Below are positions 13,401 to 25,515 of a stretch of DNA of 47,119 bases, in pieces (the stretch's first letter is position 1; the number at the start of each line of letters is the position of its first letter). Below the pieces are notes generated by a model. That model ran no database searches and was not told the origin of the DNA. It saw only the letters and a program-made list of their open reading frames with translations. The position numbers and the translations under genes were made by a program. This DNA is from Trypethelium eluteriae. Taxonomy: Eukaryota. Location of the stretch: NCBI GenBank assembly GCA_051942245.1, contig JAVECL010000131.1, forward strand, positions 1-47,119, read 5' to 3'.

Positions 13401-16400
13401 TCAACGACTCCTCAGTAGCCGATTGTTGGTAGCCACTCGACCGTTACAGCGGCTGAAGGGAAAACGAACATGAACACAGTCAAAGAGGGCTTCATAGGGA
13501 TACTAGGCGACAGCGTTAATTCAAATTCGAGTTCAGGACATCCGAATAAACATGAAGGCGTCATACCTTCTGAGCGATCTTGACCACTTTACGGTGTACC
13601 CAACCTCAACGCTCTAGTCATAGGTCATGCATTCATCGATGAGAATGGTCGACAGCTTTTCCAGGACTGTCAATGTTGGAGCAAGTCCTCAATTGTGTCG
13701 ATCTCGCCTTCCAACGATTGGAGATCATGGTGGCCTGGCCACAAACCATGGCATGCTCCCATACTATTCGCACTTCGCACTTTGCATCGAGCCTTGAATT
13801 CAACAGTCTCGAAGCGAAAAGCAGATCCTGAGCTAGGCGATGCCGATATCTAGAAGAATTGGAATACAGAAGAATCAGCTCCTTCGGAGGCTACGACTCT
13901 GCATGAGGGATACGAGAAGTCTTAAAGATCGAGTGGCTGATCAAGATTTTGCTTTGAGCATAGCGCTCTCAGTCTGTATTCAAGGGGAGAACTTCAGGTC
14001 GAAAATGGGACGGACGAAGAGAAAAAGAATGTTGGCATATTGCTTCCAGCAACATCTCCAAAGGAGTCTCTTCATACATTGTCAGGGAACGACACAAAGA
14101 TAAAGAGAATTGAGAGGGACCAGAACTTGCCACCTACGAATGGATATAAGAATAAGCCATATGAGAGGCTTTGCTACTTCATCGTCCAACGACTATCTGA
14201 GACAATACAGAACTCTTCAGTATCTTCAACGGAACAACGCACCGTCTGATTATGAGACCAGAAGCATATGTGGGAGCAAAGTCTCGAGCTGAGAAGAGCC
14301 AGCCTATATTTACTTCAGGATAGTCTAACCTTCAACCTTGAATAGAGCCAAGTCGTCTTACTGAGGGGAGCAACGACTTTCCACGGTGATGTCAACAACA
14401 ATAACACTTAGCTCGGGCGAAATGCTCTAATCAAGCGACTCTGAGCTTCTACAGACCTACCTCCGAAGATGTGCGTCACAGAAACTCCAACCTCTTTGCG
14501 ACGAGAGCTCCTCTGTCTTGATTATTGACAACAAAGACTCGACCTTTCTCGCAATGACCACACCTCGACGTCCACTGAGATTCTTCGCACAGCAGATACA
14601 CCTAGTCTGACCACAACAATCTGGGAGAATACTGCTAGCTACAAGGGACGTAGGAAACTCCCAACCCCAGGCTTCGGCGCAGTGGCGCCCTCTCTCAAAG
14701 CTGTAGCTACAAGCGCACTCCAGCTGGGTCATCAGGGCCTGGAAATTATCGATGCATGCTCCACCCAGCCTGGCCCAAGTACACCGACCATGAAAAGAAA
14801 AATGCGCATAGCGAAGGCGAAAGAAACCTCAGACGGAAGGGTCCCCGTGAGAAGGCCTGCAACCAGAAGCAAGATGAATGAGGATGAAGACGAAGACTTG
14901 AATAAGAGGGAATCAGCGAATGTGCTTTCTCATGAAGCCTTACAAACTCAGTGGGCTTGTGGACCGGAACTTGATCTGTGGACCTGCTAGGAAAGAGGCT
15001 GGATCAGTACGATGTCTTACTGAGGACGTGAGACAACACCTCTTCTACCCGTTTCTCCAGATTCGCCATGAACGGTGATCAAGATGATCAAGTAGGAAGA
15101 GGAGTGGCAATGCCATACATTAGTCTCACATTCGCATGCATTTTGCATTTGGCCGTGATTTTAGCGCCGTCATTCCCTTCTCCTGCAGTATTTCACGCTT
15201 GGAGGTTCTTTTCGGTCCCACAAAGCATATTCTAAGCTAGAATCACGCAGTCCGGAGGCATGAACTTAAAGGAAAAAGCTGAGATCATATCACCCAAGCA
15301 GATAGACCTGGCCCAAGAGGAGCTAGGATTCCACGTTATGAGTTCAGGGAGCAGGACACACAGCAAACTCACGCAGGTTTCGATTGTGACTTTGTGGAAT
15401 GGAAGTTGCCTTTGCGACCAAGACCAAAGCCCTAGCAACGACGAGACGTTGGAGGCCAAGAGTAGCAGAGAGGTCTCAGCTCCAGCTGAAGTAGAAGACT
15501 TCTGCGTCGCGAGAGAGAGAGGAAGGCGGAGAAGGGAGACCGAATAACTGACTCTTTCCCCGACGCGCGGAGGAACAAGAATACAGATGCCTGCCGACGC
15601 TCTTTGACGCAACAGCTGAACTGTTTCATGCACGCCGAAGGCTGAAGGAATTGTGGGTAAGGGCTTGAGGGCTCGTGAACTGTCTTTCATCACTGCCCGA
15701 GTATACGGTGTCAAATTCGGCGCGCGCCCTGGCCGTCACTTAAACCAGGAACCTTCAAGCCAGAATAAAGACGACTACAAAGTCGGCATTCCTGCCTCGA
15801 GCAAGATCGAGACAGAAAAGGACGGAGATAGATCATCCGCGTTATGTATCCCTCGTTCGTTTTTATGTCCAGTCATTTCCTGGTCTCCAGCGTGCCTCCG
15901 TTCAGCTTTCGTCCGACACATCAGCATGATGAGCTAGGACCGAGTGTCATGGACAAAGTCACCACGATTGTTCCGACCAGGCCAGGGCTAGTCATAGTAC
16001 AGTCCGAGAGGACAAGGTGGCAGCGATAAGTCCGATATGAGCTGCAACTCCGTATCAGTCCACATCTCTCGAAGACGAAAGGGGCTCGAAGGGATGGACG
16101 CGACAGAGAAAAGTGAAAGAGGGAGAGGAAGGACCGAGTTGATAAGGAGAGATTTTCCTTAGGGGAATCAAGATTCGAGGAGATATTGCAGTTCCAGGCA
16201 AGTATGGACTGCATGAAACGGCTGCGAACAATGGAAATTCAACCAGTCTGAGCGGTTCGAAAGATCTTCAGACGGTAACGAAGGGTCCTGGTGATTACAT
16301 TCCTCAAGTCAACATCTGACATCAAGCAATGATGTCTTCTGCCCTTGCGACCATGTTTCAGGGTAGTGGAGTTCTCCGCTCTCATGTATGGAATGGCATA

Positions 16401-19400
16401 TCGCCGGACCAAGGTTATCAACGCGTCATTTGGGATCTTAGTTGATCGTCCAACAGTGCGGCGAATGTTCCAATAGCCAAGGCGGTAAGGATGAGAAGCT
16501 CCCTACTTAACATCGTTATGAGACCGATGAAACGCAGTGGCAATCCTGTAAACAGGCTTCTGAAGTATTTTCCAGATGCCGCCGCGACTTACACACTGCT
16601 CCAGCTGTCAGGCCGTGCTGCCCCCCAAGGAAAGCATTCTCTTGTTCATGAATGGATCAAGGCTACCGACCGAAGAACTATGTGCTCAAGATTTGAGTGC
16701 ACAAAGCCAAGGCGTATTTTGCTGCTCGATGGATGTCGAAGATCCATGAACGACCAATCTACCCCTCCCGACGCCCGCTTTTCTCGAGCCAAAGGCAATT
16801 GCAAAGAGAAGGAAACTATACGTGAGACGGAGTATTAGATGTTTGTAAATCATGTCGGAGGACTTAAGGAGATGGAGTAAGCAGAGCAAAGAGGCATCTT
16901 GAAGAGGAGTGCAAAATCCATGGCTCCCATAACAGGGCATGAGCATTAAGGATGAACAAGCCAAGGGCAATTCCAGGTTCCGCGGACATACACGAAAGAG
17001 GACAAAATTTATGAGGCAGACGGCTGCAAGGAAGCATTTGAAGCCGAGACGACATGCTGGAACTCGGGAGTTGCTCCTGGATTGGTATACGATCACACCA
17101 GAGGTGTTGTCCCAAACATTTCGAGCATCGACTGGTGGGGTTGTAACTGATGGATCGACAAAAAGTTACCGGAGATCCTCGCATTTCCCACAAGTCCAAT
17201 AAAGATAGAACCAATGGTTTGGTACACTCCGGCGGTGTCAAGCCACGCTCCCGGTCTTGGATCCTGGCTGGGCAAAAGAGACTCCGGATTGAGGTGTCCG
17301 TTGTGGGAAAGATCGAAACATCGCACTGTCACGAACACTGCTGGACATCTTGTCTTCGATGTTTGCTTGTATGGTTCCTGCAAGAATACCAAAAGATGAA
17401 GGGCCCGAGGACCCTAAGCAGGAGCTCCTGAATTGTGATGAAAACTGCGCTATCAAAAGATGAACGTACTTCATTTCCATAGGTGATACGAATTGGAAGA
17501 AGAAGACGGAATCAAAGAGTTCGTGCACCATACGCAGCTGGCCAAAGCGGGCGGGATTGATTGCGCTGAAGTATCTGCTTTCGCGTCCAGGCCCAATGGT
17601 GAACCTCCATGATTCAAACAAGCCATTGCTCGTCCTCGTCTAGAGCAGCCGAGACTCCTGCCGAGTTCAGCTGTATTGTTGCATTTCGAACGAGGAGTTT
17701 AGATATTATCCACCAACAGGAAAGAGCGACGTTCCATCACAAAGGAATCCGGGCTGTGATGGTTAGTGTACGGACTTCTTTATGCTTCTGTGCTCTTGCT
17801 TAAGGCTCTCAGATCATGTTGAAAAGGAGCACGACCTAGCTCAGACTGCTCATCGAGAATGAATTCTGGGATCCGGCAGATACTGACTTCGGGATTTTGC
17901 TATGATGGAAAATGTTAGGAAGTAGAGCTCGGGATTGTTCTCCGCTAAGAGTCCTCGCAGTCTTCTGAGGTCTGAACACACTTGTTGGGCCTCCCGTCAT
18001 CCATTCAACGTCTCAGCTGATCCTTGCTCTGAGGCTTCGAGTTAGCGCAAGTCGGCATGAGGCCGATTGAGATTTATTGCCTGTCATAAAGACAGCCCAC
18101 TGACTTTCCTTCGGAGATTCGTCTGAAACGATCCAGTGGAGGGCTTAGTACCGGCCAGTTCCCAAGCATAGTGCTCAGGGATCCGTGGACTTTACGTTGA
18201 AGACATCAATCCGGTGCATTCTGATCCAAGCGCGAAAGTATTTCCTTTCGTGACCCTCTCCCCCTTAAAGCACTGTCATGTTTCCAATGTCCCCGGGAAG
18301 TAAAATGTCCGCTGCTTTACGGTTCCGTCCATGGTGCACTGGTTTTGACAAGAGTTTTCGGTCCGTCCTATCCACTACCTTCGATTTACGGGGCTGTCAG
18401 AGTACCATACGAAGTGATCGAGACATCCAAGGGTCGTCTACCGGTGGTGTGATACTTGGATAACTCGTTCACCAGGCATCCTGTCGTATCAATTCCTCTC
18501 ATCTGCGGAATCAACTTCTCGTATGCTCTGTCGCCACCTCCTCCGGAGAAGGAAGTCCTTCACAACAGGCTGTCACTAAGCTCAGCAGCTATCTCTTGTC
18601 CAACTCACTGAATATAATCACTGGAGTGATCCAATTCAGGGTGAGGAAGCAGGAGCGCCTCCCTCCGGATTGACCAATGACACACGAGTGCACATTCTTG
18701 CACCATGCGAAAGTTGTTGATCTGAGAAATGCAAGGCCTTTATTGTTCTTGGCGTGGTGTTTGTCCAATTATTCTATTCTCATCTGCTTAGGAGGTACGG
18801 GAGCCGGAAGGTACAGATCTGGAGGCCACAAGGCGCATCGCCAAGAGGAAGAGGAGACACAATAGGGAGGCCCCGGACATGAAGCAAATCTCTTCATGTT
18901 ATTCAGTCGCCCTCAATTGTGAGGCCGTGTTGTTCGATGATGATCAACTTGCCGAGGGTCGATTCGTCAGCTGCCCGAGGTGGAAGTCGCCGCAGCATAC
19001 GGTGGCTCAGGTGGAGTTTGAGCGAGAATTATGATAGTCGCTGATGAATCTGTATTTGAAAGGCCAATACGTCCGGTGACTGATGCTTGTCTCGTAGCTG
19101 GGAAAACACGTTGGATACGGTCCGCTCGTGCATCGGGAAGTCTGTTGGCCAGAAAGATCAGTATTACGCTGTCCCGCCGAATTGAACCCACTAACGATAC
19201 GAATGCTACCATGCATGAAGGAGTTAAGGTCGTTCTTTAAGAAGATGCATGAGGCAGCTGCTTTTGGTGTGCCAGGGAAGCTGGGATGGAATCAAGGTAC
19301 GAAGCTCTCTTGATGTTTCGCTTTCCATTGCTGTCCAATTTCAGGTCTGATTATTATCCGAATACCGTAGAGTCGAAGTATACTCGCAAGCATCTGTATA

Positions 19401-22400
19401 CGACTCATTTGGCAGCTGAAGTTGTGGAAGTTGACGTGGTTGGGTGCGGAGGTGAGTCGGACTTGAGCGGAAAGGTAAGTACGGATCTGAGGCCGAGGGA
19501 AGGAGCGATGACGGACGGTGAGGATATTCTGAGGTTCTGACTCGAGGTTCTGAGGGTAAGTCTCTATGCTGCACGAAGTCTGATAGGTCAACAGCCTGGC
19601 GCTCCTGGAAGGTTGCTAACAGTATTGTAGGAGATGTGCGGAAGGAGTTGCAGAAGCAAAGATTGGTTTCGATGTTTACAAGGAAGCTATTATTGCACCA
19701 AACGACCTTTTCAGACACAATATCTTCTACCTAGCTAATGCTCCGTTACGATGTCAAATACTCAATCAAGCATCGATCACTATCCACCATTACAGAAAGG
19801 GCTGACTTGTCTCTCGTGCCTCGATGACTTTCCGTTGATTTACTTCATGGCGTTGCCCTTGCCTGGAGCCGAAGAGCCGCATGCAAGTGTGAGCGATGAC
19901 CACTTAACAAAGCGCAGGATCATTTGGCCAAGTCCTCACTCCCCACACCTTCCCGTGGCTCCGTTCCAAGCTTTTGCCAATCAAGCCCCTCCACCCACCT
20001 TCCTAACCTACCCTACTTGCCCCCCTCCATCCTTAGCACTGACTTCACGTCCCTCGACGCTGATCCTCTACAGCTGAGCATCGTCTGGCGTTCCTCTAGC
20101 TTCTCTGCTACCTCTTCAGGCAGCTTCAAGCATTTGAGGACTCACTCCAGAGGCTGTTCGGCATGGCGTGGACGACGCGAACGCGAAGCCGCGAAATCCT
20201 CAACCCCTTCCTTCGCCAGCTTGTTTTTACCTCTTCAGTGGGCCTGGCATCAATCTGAGCACAAAGTAGCTCTCGCTGAGGTCATCTGCATCTTCTGGAA
20301 GTGTTTACAATGCACGACTGTTCATCGCCGCCGATTGTTCATCGCCGTCGACTGGTCGACCTTGCTTCAGCATCCCGGTCGCAAAGCATTGAAGTCACAT
20401 CACACCCACTTCATCGACTGTTCCCACCACCGGCTTGCATCCAAGAAGCTCTGCTCCTTTGTTTCTCCATCTGAAATTAGTAGATGACCTCACTTCTCCG
20501 TACTAACTTGCCGCGTGAATCGCCTTGCGGCTTCACTATGAGCGTCTGTACTCTCTCTGGGGAACGGCAGTCCGACGGATCATCATGAACCTGTGTTTGA
20601 TCACACATATCTCAAGTATGGGACGGGGGTTCGACCACTCGACAAAAACGACTTAGAAGGAGGAGCTTCTCATCAGCATTTACTCCCTACCATCGACGTC
20701 GACTACGGTCTGCTACGGTGGCCTTTCCATGATCTCATCCCGGCATACTTGCTCTCTAGGATCCCCGGTGTCTTTTCATACTTGAGGTTGAATCGTAAGT
20801 CTGCTATCACGCTCATGCCAAGCGCAGATCTATTTTATTCTTCATTGTCCCTGAGCGACAAACTCCTTCGAACATCAGTGACTCAGCTTGGTCAATGGAC
20901 TTACCACTCTATCTAGTCGTCAAACTATTCAAGAACCCTTCACTTTCGGCATCGCCCCGAAAAAAACAGCATTTCGAGCACAAGTTTACTCCCTTGTCCG
21001 TCCTACAGCGTTTCAACTCCATCTCCCCTGGAACAACGACGATCTTTGGATATTACAATCCCAATGCGAATTAAATAGACCAAAACACAGACATTATCAC
21101 CCCAGCGATCATCCTGCATGACGATTTGTCTTCGGAGAGATCGTGCTTGCAGTGTTCGCTCAACTCGGATTCGAATCTACCGCAAGCCTTACAGAAGGGA
21201 GGAATGAAAGCCAAGCGGAGATGTTTCGATAGCTCCCCATCCAGGTTATGGCATGCTCATGAGGCCCGTCTTTTAGTTGGCTCAATTTTGACTCAAAGTG
21301 AGCCCAGTCCCGGAGTATCGTCTTCCTCGAATCAACGACGCGGGATCACGCCTGAGACCTTACGTCTGCAAGCCGATGCACTGTACGCAAAACAGCCGGC
21401 AAACTTCGATCGCAAATCTCTGGAGTTTTCGTCAAGAACCTGTTTTTCGAGCCGACTTTTCCGGATCGGCAAACACCAAATCGCCCCGGAACAATCCAAG
21501 CCAACGACCAGGGGTTCCATAAAGAGACGAAATCCCCTGTTCATCATCCAGGTCGGGAGTTCTAGGATTGTTCTTGGTGTTGGTCAGCGTGATGCCCCTA
21601 TTTGAGTGGACGGGAGGACCATGTTGAGCGAATCCGACGTTCCCGCTCTCTCTTCCGCGGATCTCTGAGACAAGCTGTGATATCCAGACCACTTGACCTT
21701 GAATCGTGGGAGTCTCACGATAGAACTTGATTACGACCCAACTTCTCATGAGGGTGTTGATGGGCGGCGATTCGTGTCACCTGGAGTGCACATTTGGGCG
21801 TTTGGTGCGTCGGGCGGCCGCAGCTTTAGTTAACCTCAGCAGTTTCTTCCCCCCCTCGAGACAGGATGAAAATTCCTGCAGCACCTGACGGTTGTCACTT
21901 TTCCAGACTTGCAACTCTTCAAATGGGCTTGCAATGAGTCTCGAAGATGTATGTTCATCTCCTCTCTTTTGTAAATTACTTTCGTTTTCTATCCGAGAGT
22001 GTTTCTTTTTTTTTCCTGTCCGCAAGATATCTTGATCAGGCACCTCACTCATCATCATTCATTCCATTCAAATTTGTAGGAAAAAATTTCTCGTATCTCT
22101 TAGTGATAACCTCCGCTTATCCAATTCTGCAAAAGCACTTCCAAGCGTGCAAATATCTCAAGAACCTTGTAGCAATCCTCATCTTTCGTGCTTCTTCCGG
22201 ACCAACTGAATGCCGATGGCAGGATCACATCCGCTGAACACTGTATACTTGGAGACCCGATGAACATGCTCTGGCTGGATGTCATCTTGGAAAATACCAG
22301 CTGGACCACTGGAAAATGGAAAGGTTGAGCATTGAAAAAGGGGGCGCCATCGTTTGATACATGCTCGATTCATCTTTTAGTACATCTATGCAACAAACGT

Positions 22401-23505
22401 TCCGACCAGAAGCCTTCAGGAAGGCTCAGGAGCTATACGTTGTGCAATCTGGAGGAGTCCCTCACGCTGTGGAATTTTGCAGCGATAAGTGCTGCCGCTT
22501 GGTCAACAACACGAAGATCGCTTCATCATCACAGTCGTGACCACGGTGTTTGACTCCATTAGCAAAAGCACATGATACGATGAGCAGCAGTGCCACGCAC
22601 TTGAGAGTAGCCGTGACATTGCGCATCCGTGGGAATGAGGATGGAATGAATGGAGACACCGTGTACAAATGGTTGCCTAGCCCAGAGGAATCTTGACAAC
22701 TTGGAGGTGCTGCACCGGCAAGGACTTCTAGAGGCCAGTCAACATGATGAGCATGGGCATGTCACCTTTGTGACTTTGGTCCGAACTCGCGCCTATGCTT
22801 GACAATGGAAGGCAAGAATTGCGACATCCTGGATACCAACACTGCGCCTTTGACATTCGTCGTATGGCACTGGTGCTGTCATGTGGATTTTGTGCGGTTG
22901 CAGTGTCGATGAGAGTGGACTTTCAGATGCTATCGGATAGGGAACGAATTCAAAGCTGTGGAAGCGCCCCGCAGTGAAAACGGACTTGCACCAAGCAAAT
23001 ACAATTGAGCTCGATAATCTTGCTGCTTTATGCGCCTCTTGTCCGCAGAACCTAAAGTCAGCAGTCAAGGATCGAGATATTATGCTCAGCGACATGGCGA
23101 CCTTGACATTGGCCTCGGAGATGTGAACGCTTTGCCCAATAGGCAGAACAACAATGGCTTGGATTAAACGGTCAGCTTAACGGAAGCCTGACCTGCTGGA
23201 CTGAATTGGTATAAGGCTTGACTAATTACAAAGGGCCGCCCTCCCACAACGAATCAACATCATAACACGCCCACATACCACATGCCATTATTCGACCGAC
23301 CTAATGTCCGATATACTCCTGCACAGTTCTATCTGTCGTGAAGAAAACATGACCGGAAAGAAAGACAGTCAACGATGTGCTGTGATTTGGACGGTATCAG
23401 ACTTGACCAAGGATCGAGAGTGGTTTTTCCTTAACGAGTTAAGGCTACACCCTGCTCATTTAAAAGATCCGTCAAATTTGATCATTTGTCATCATCCTAC
23501 CGGCC

Positions 23506-23595
23506 GGCCGCTCCATCCAACAAACAACAATACTGGCCGCCCCATCCAACAAACAATGATACTGGCCGCCCCATCCAACACTACCAGCCGCCCCG
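23506..23595. repeat. 29-bp minisatellite (2 full and 2 partial copies)
   Basis: GGCCGCTCCATCCAACAAACAACAATACT (23506), GGCCGCCCCATCCAACAAACAATGATACT (23535), GGCCGCCCCATCCAACACTACC (23564), AGCCGCCCC (23586). Confidence 0.9.
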
Positions 23596-23651
23596 TCTGA
23601 TGATAGTCGATGCTCAAGTTCGCCGTGCGAGCTTTCATCGCTGTGGACTTT

Positions 23652-23671
23652 CGTATAGCTATAGCTATACG
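23652..23671. other. Perfect 20-bp palindrome
   Basis: CGTATAGCTATAGCTATACG equals its own reverse complement. Confidence 0.95.
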
Positions 23672-23729
23672 TAAACGCGTTGATTGGCTGGGGCAGTTTT
23701 GTGCCATGCCAGGGCCGTGAAGTAAGAGA

Positions 23730-25380
23730 AAAGAAAAAAGAAAGGTGTACTGCAAGAAACAAATGTGGGAAGATGAAGACAATAAGAGATTGGTCAGGGA
23801 TGTAGCGCGAGCAAGCTAGGCAAGAAGCCAATGCGAGACCAGATGCCTGTGCAACAAGCTGCTAAGAGCTTGCTGCCCTCTGAAGAATGAAGCCGCTAAG
23901 CGCTGAGCTGAAAGACCATAGGAAGAGGGAAGGGATGGGAAGACAAAAAGAGATTGGTCAGGGATGTAGCGTGAGCAGGCGAGGCAACAAGTCATTGGAA
24001 GACCATACTGCCTAGGCAACAAGCTACCGGGGGTTCTTGCGTCGGCAACAGGCCACTGGGAGACCTTGCCTAGGCAACACATCACTGGAAGCTTGCTGCC
24101 CTCCGAAGAAAGAAGCCCCTGAGCGCAAAGACCATGAGAAGAAAAGGGAAGAAATGAGAAGACAAAAAGAGACTGGTCCAGGATGTGGCGCGAGCAGGCG
24201 AGGCAACAAGTCATTGGGAGACCTTGCCTAGGCAACAAGCGACTGGGAGATCTTGCGTCGGCAACAGGCCATTAGGAGACCTTGCCTAGGCATCACGCCA
24301 CTGGAAGCTTGCTGCCCTCCGAAGAAAGAAGCCGCTGAACGCAGAAAGACCATGGGGAGAACTGGGAAGAAATGGGACGACAAGATTGGAAAGACAAAAA
24401 GAGATTGGTCAGGGATGTCGCGCTGGCAGGCGAGGCAACAAGTCATGGGAGACCTTGCCTAGGCAACAAGCGACTGGGAGATCTTGCGTCGGCAACAGGC
24501 CACTGAGAAACCTTGCCTAGGCATTACGCCACTGGAAGCTTGCTGCCCTCCGAAGAAAGAAGCCGCTGAGCGCAGAAAGACCATGAGAAGAAAAGGGAAG
24601 GATTGGGGAGGAAAAGGGACGGAGTGGGAAGACAAGAAGAAAGTGGGAAGACAGAAAGAGACTCGACATAATGTCGCGCCAGCAGGCTAGGCAACAAGCT
24701 ATTGGAGAGCTTGCTGCCCTCCGAAGAAAAAGCCTCTGAGCGCAGAAGATATAGCGCGAGAGGCTAGGCAACAAGCCATTGGGAGAGCTTGTTGCCCTCC
24801 GAAGAAGAAGCCTCTCAACGCAAAGACATTGGGAAGAGAAGGGAAGAGATTGGGGAGACAAAGAGATTCAAAAGGGATGTCGCGCGAGCAGGCGAGGCAA
24901 CAAGCCATGGGGAGACCTTGCCTAGGTAACAAGCCACTGGAGCTTGCTGCCCTCCGAAGAAGAAGCCTCTTAGCGCAGAAAGACACTGGGAAGAGAAGGG
25001 AAGAGAGGGGAAGAGATTGGGGAGACAAAAGAGATTCGACAGGGATGTCGCGCTCTCGGCTGGGTCGACAAGCTATGCTGAAAGCTTGCTGCCGCCCTCC
25101 GAAGAAAAAGCTTACCCACGGACGGACCCTGTGAAGATATCTACGCACCTTGCGTTGCCTTGCCGTTCATGTTCTCAGGTAACCTAAAGAAAGAATCCAT
25201 GTGGGCGTCAGTCATGGGAAAGGCTGAGTGGGGTCGACCTGTCAGGGATGTGGCGCGAGCAGGCTAGGCAACAAGCCATGGGAGGAGCTTGCTGCCTTCC
25301 GAAGAAGTAGCCTCTCAGCGCGGAGGAACCTGTGAAGATCTACCCACCTTGTGTTGTCTTACTGTTCATGTTTTCGGGTT
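23730..25380. repeat. Hierarchical tandem array of nine hairpin-forming modules separated mostly by purine-rich spacers
   Basis: Head motif GGGATGTNGCGCGAGCAGGC at about 23797, 23961, 24180, 24412, 24671, 24748, 24874, 25042, 25245. Tail motif GCTTGCTGCCCTCCGAAGAA at 23868, 24091, 24307, 24538, 24709, 24787, 24942, 25084, 25287. Between them are 2,4,4,4,1,1,2,1,1 copies of a ~29-bp GGCAACAAG...TTGCC subunit. Confidence 0.95.
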
Positions 25381-25515
25381 CGTCGACGATGCGGCGGTCG
25401 GAAGGTCGAAGGGCTAAACGCAAGACGATTAGCAGGTGATCGTTCCGGCATCCTCTCAGCCACGGTATGAACAAGGCTATCATGGGCATCAACTTACTTT
25501 GATAAAGAAGATAAT

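Noticed and set aside
18690..23030. Similar peptides LHHAKVVDLRN (about 18698) and LHQANTIELDN (about 22986)
   Set aside because: The match is about 11 residues and does not extend on either side; compatible with chance.
23730..25380. CRISPR-like reading, or a repeat-protein gene (LEACCPPKKEA repeats)
   Set aside because: Eukaryotic context with no cas genes; spacers are low-complexity, related to each other and of irregular length. The peptide repeats switch frame and are broken by stops, as expected for a 29-bp subunit.
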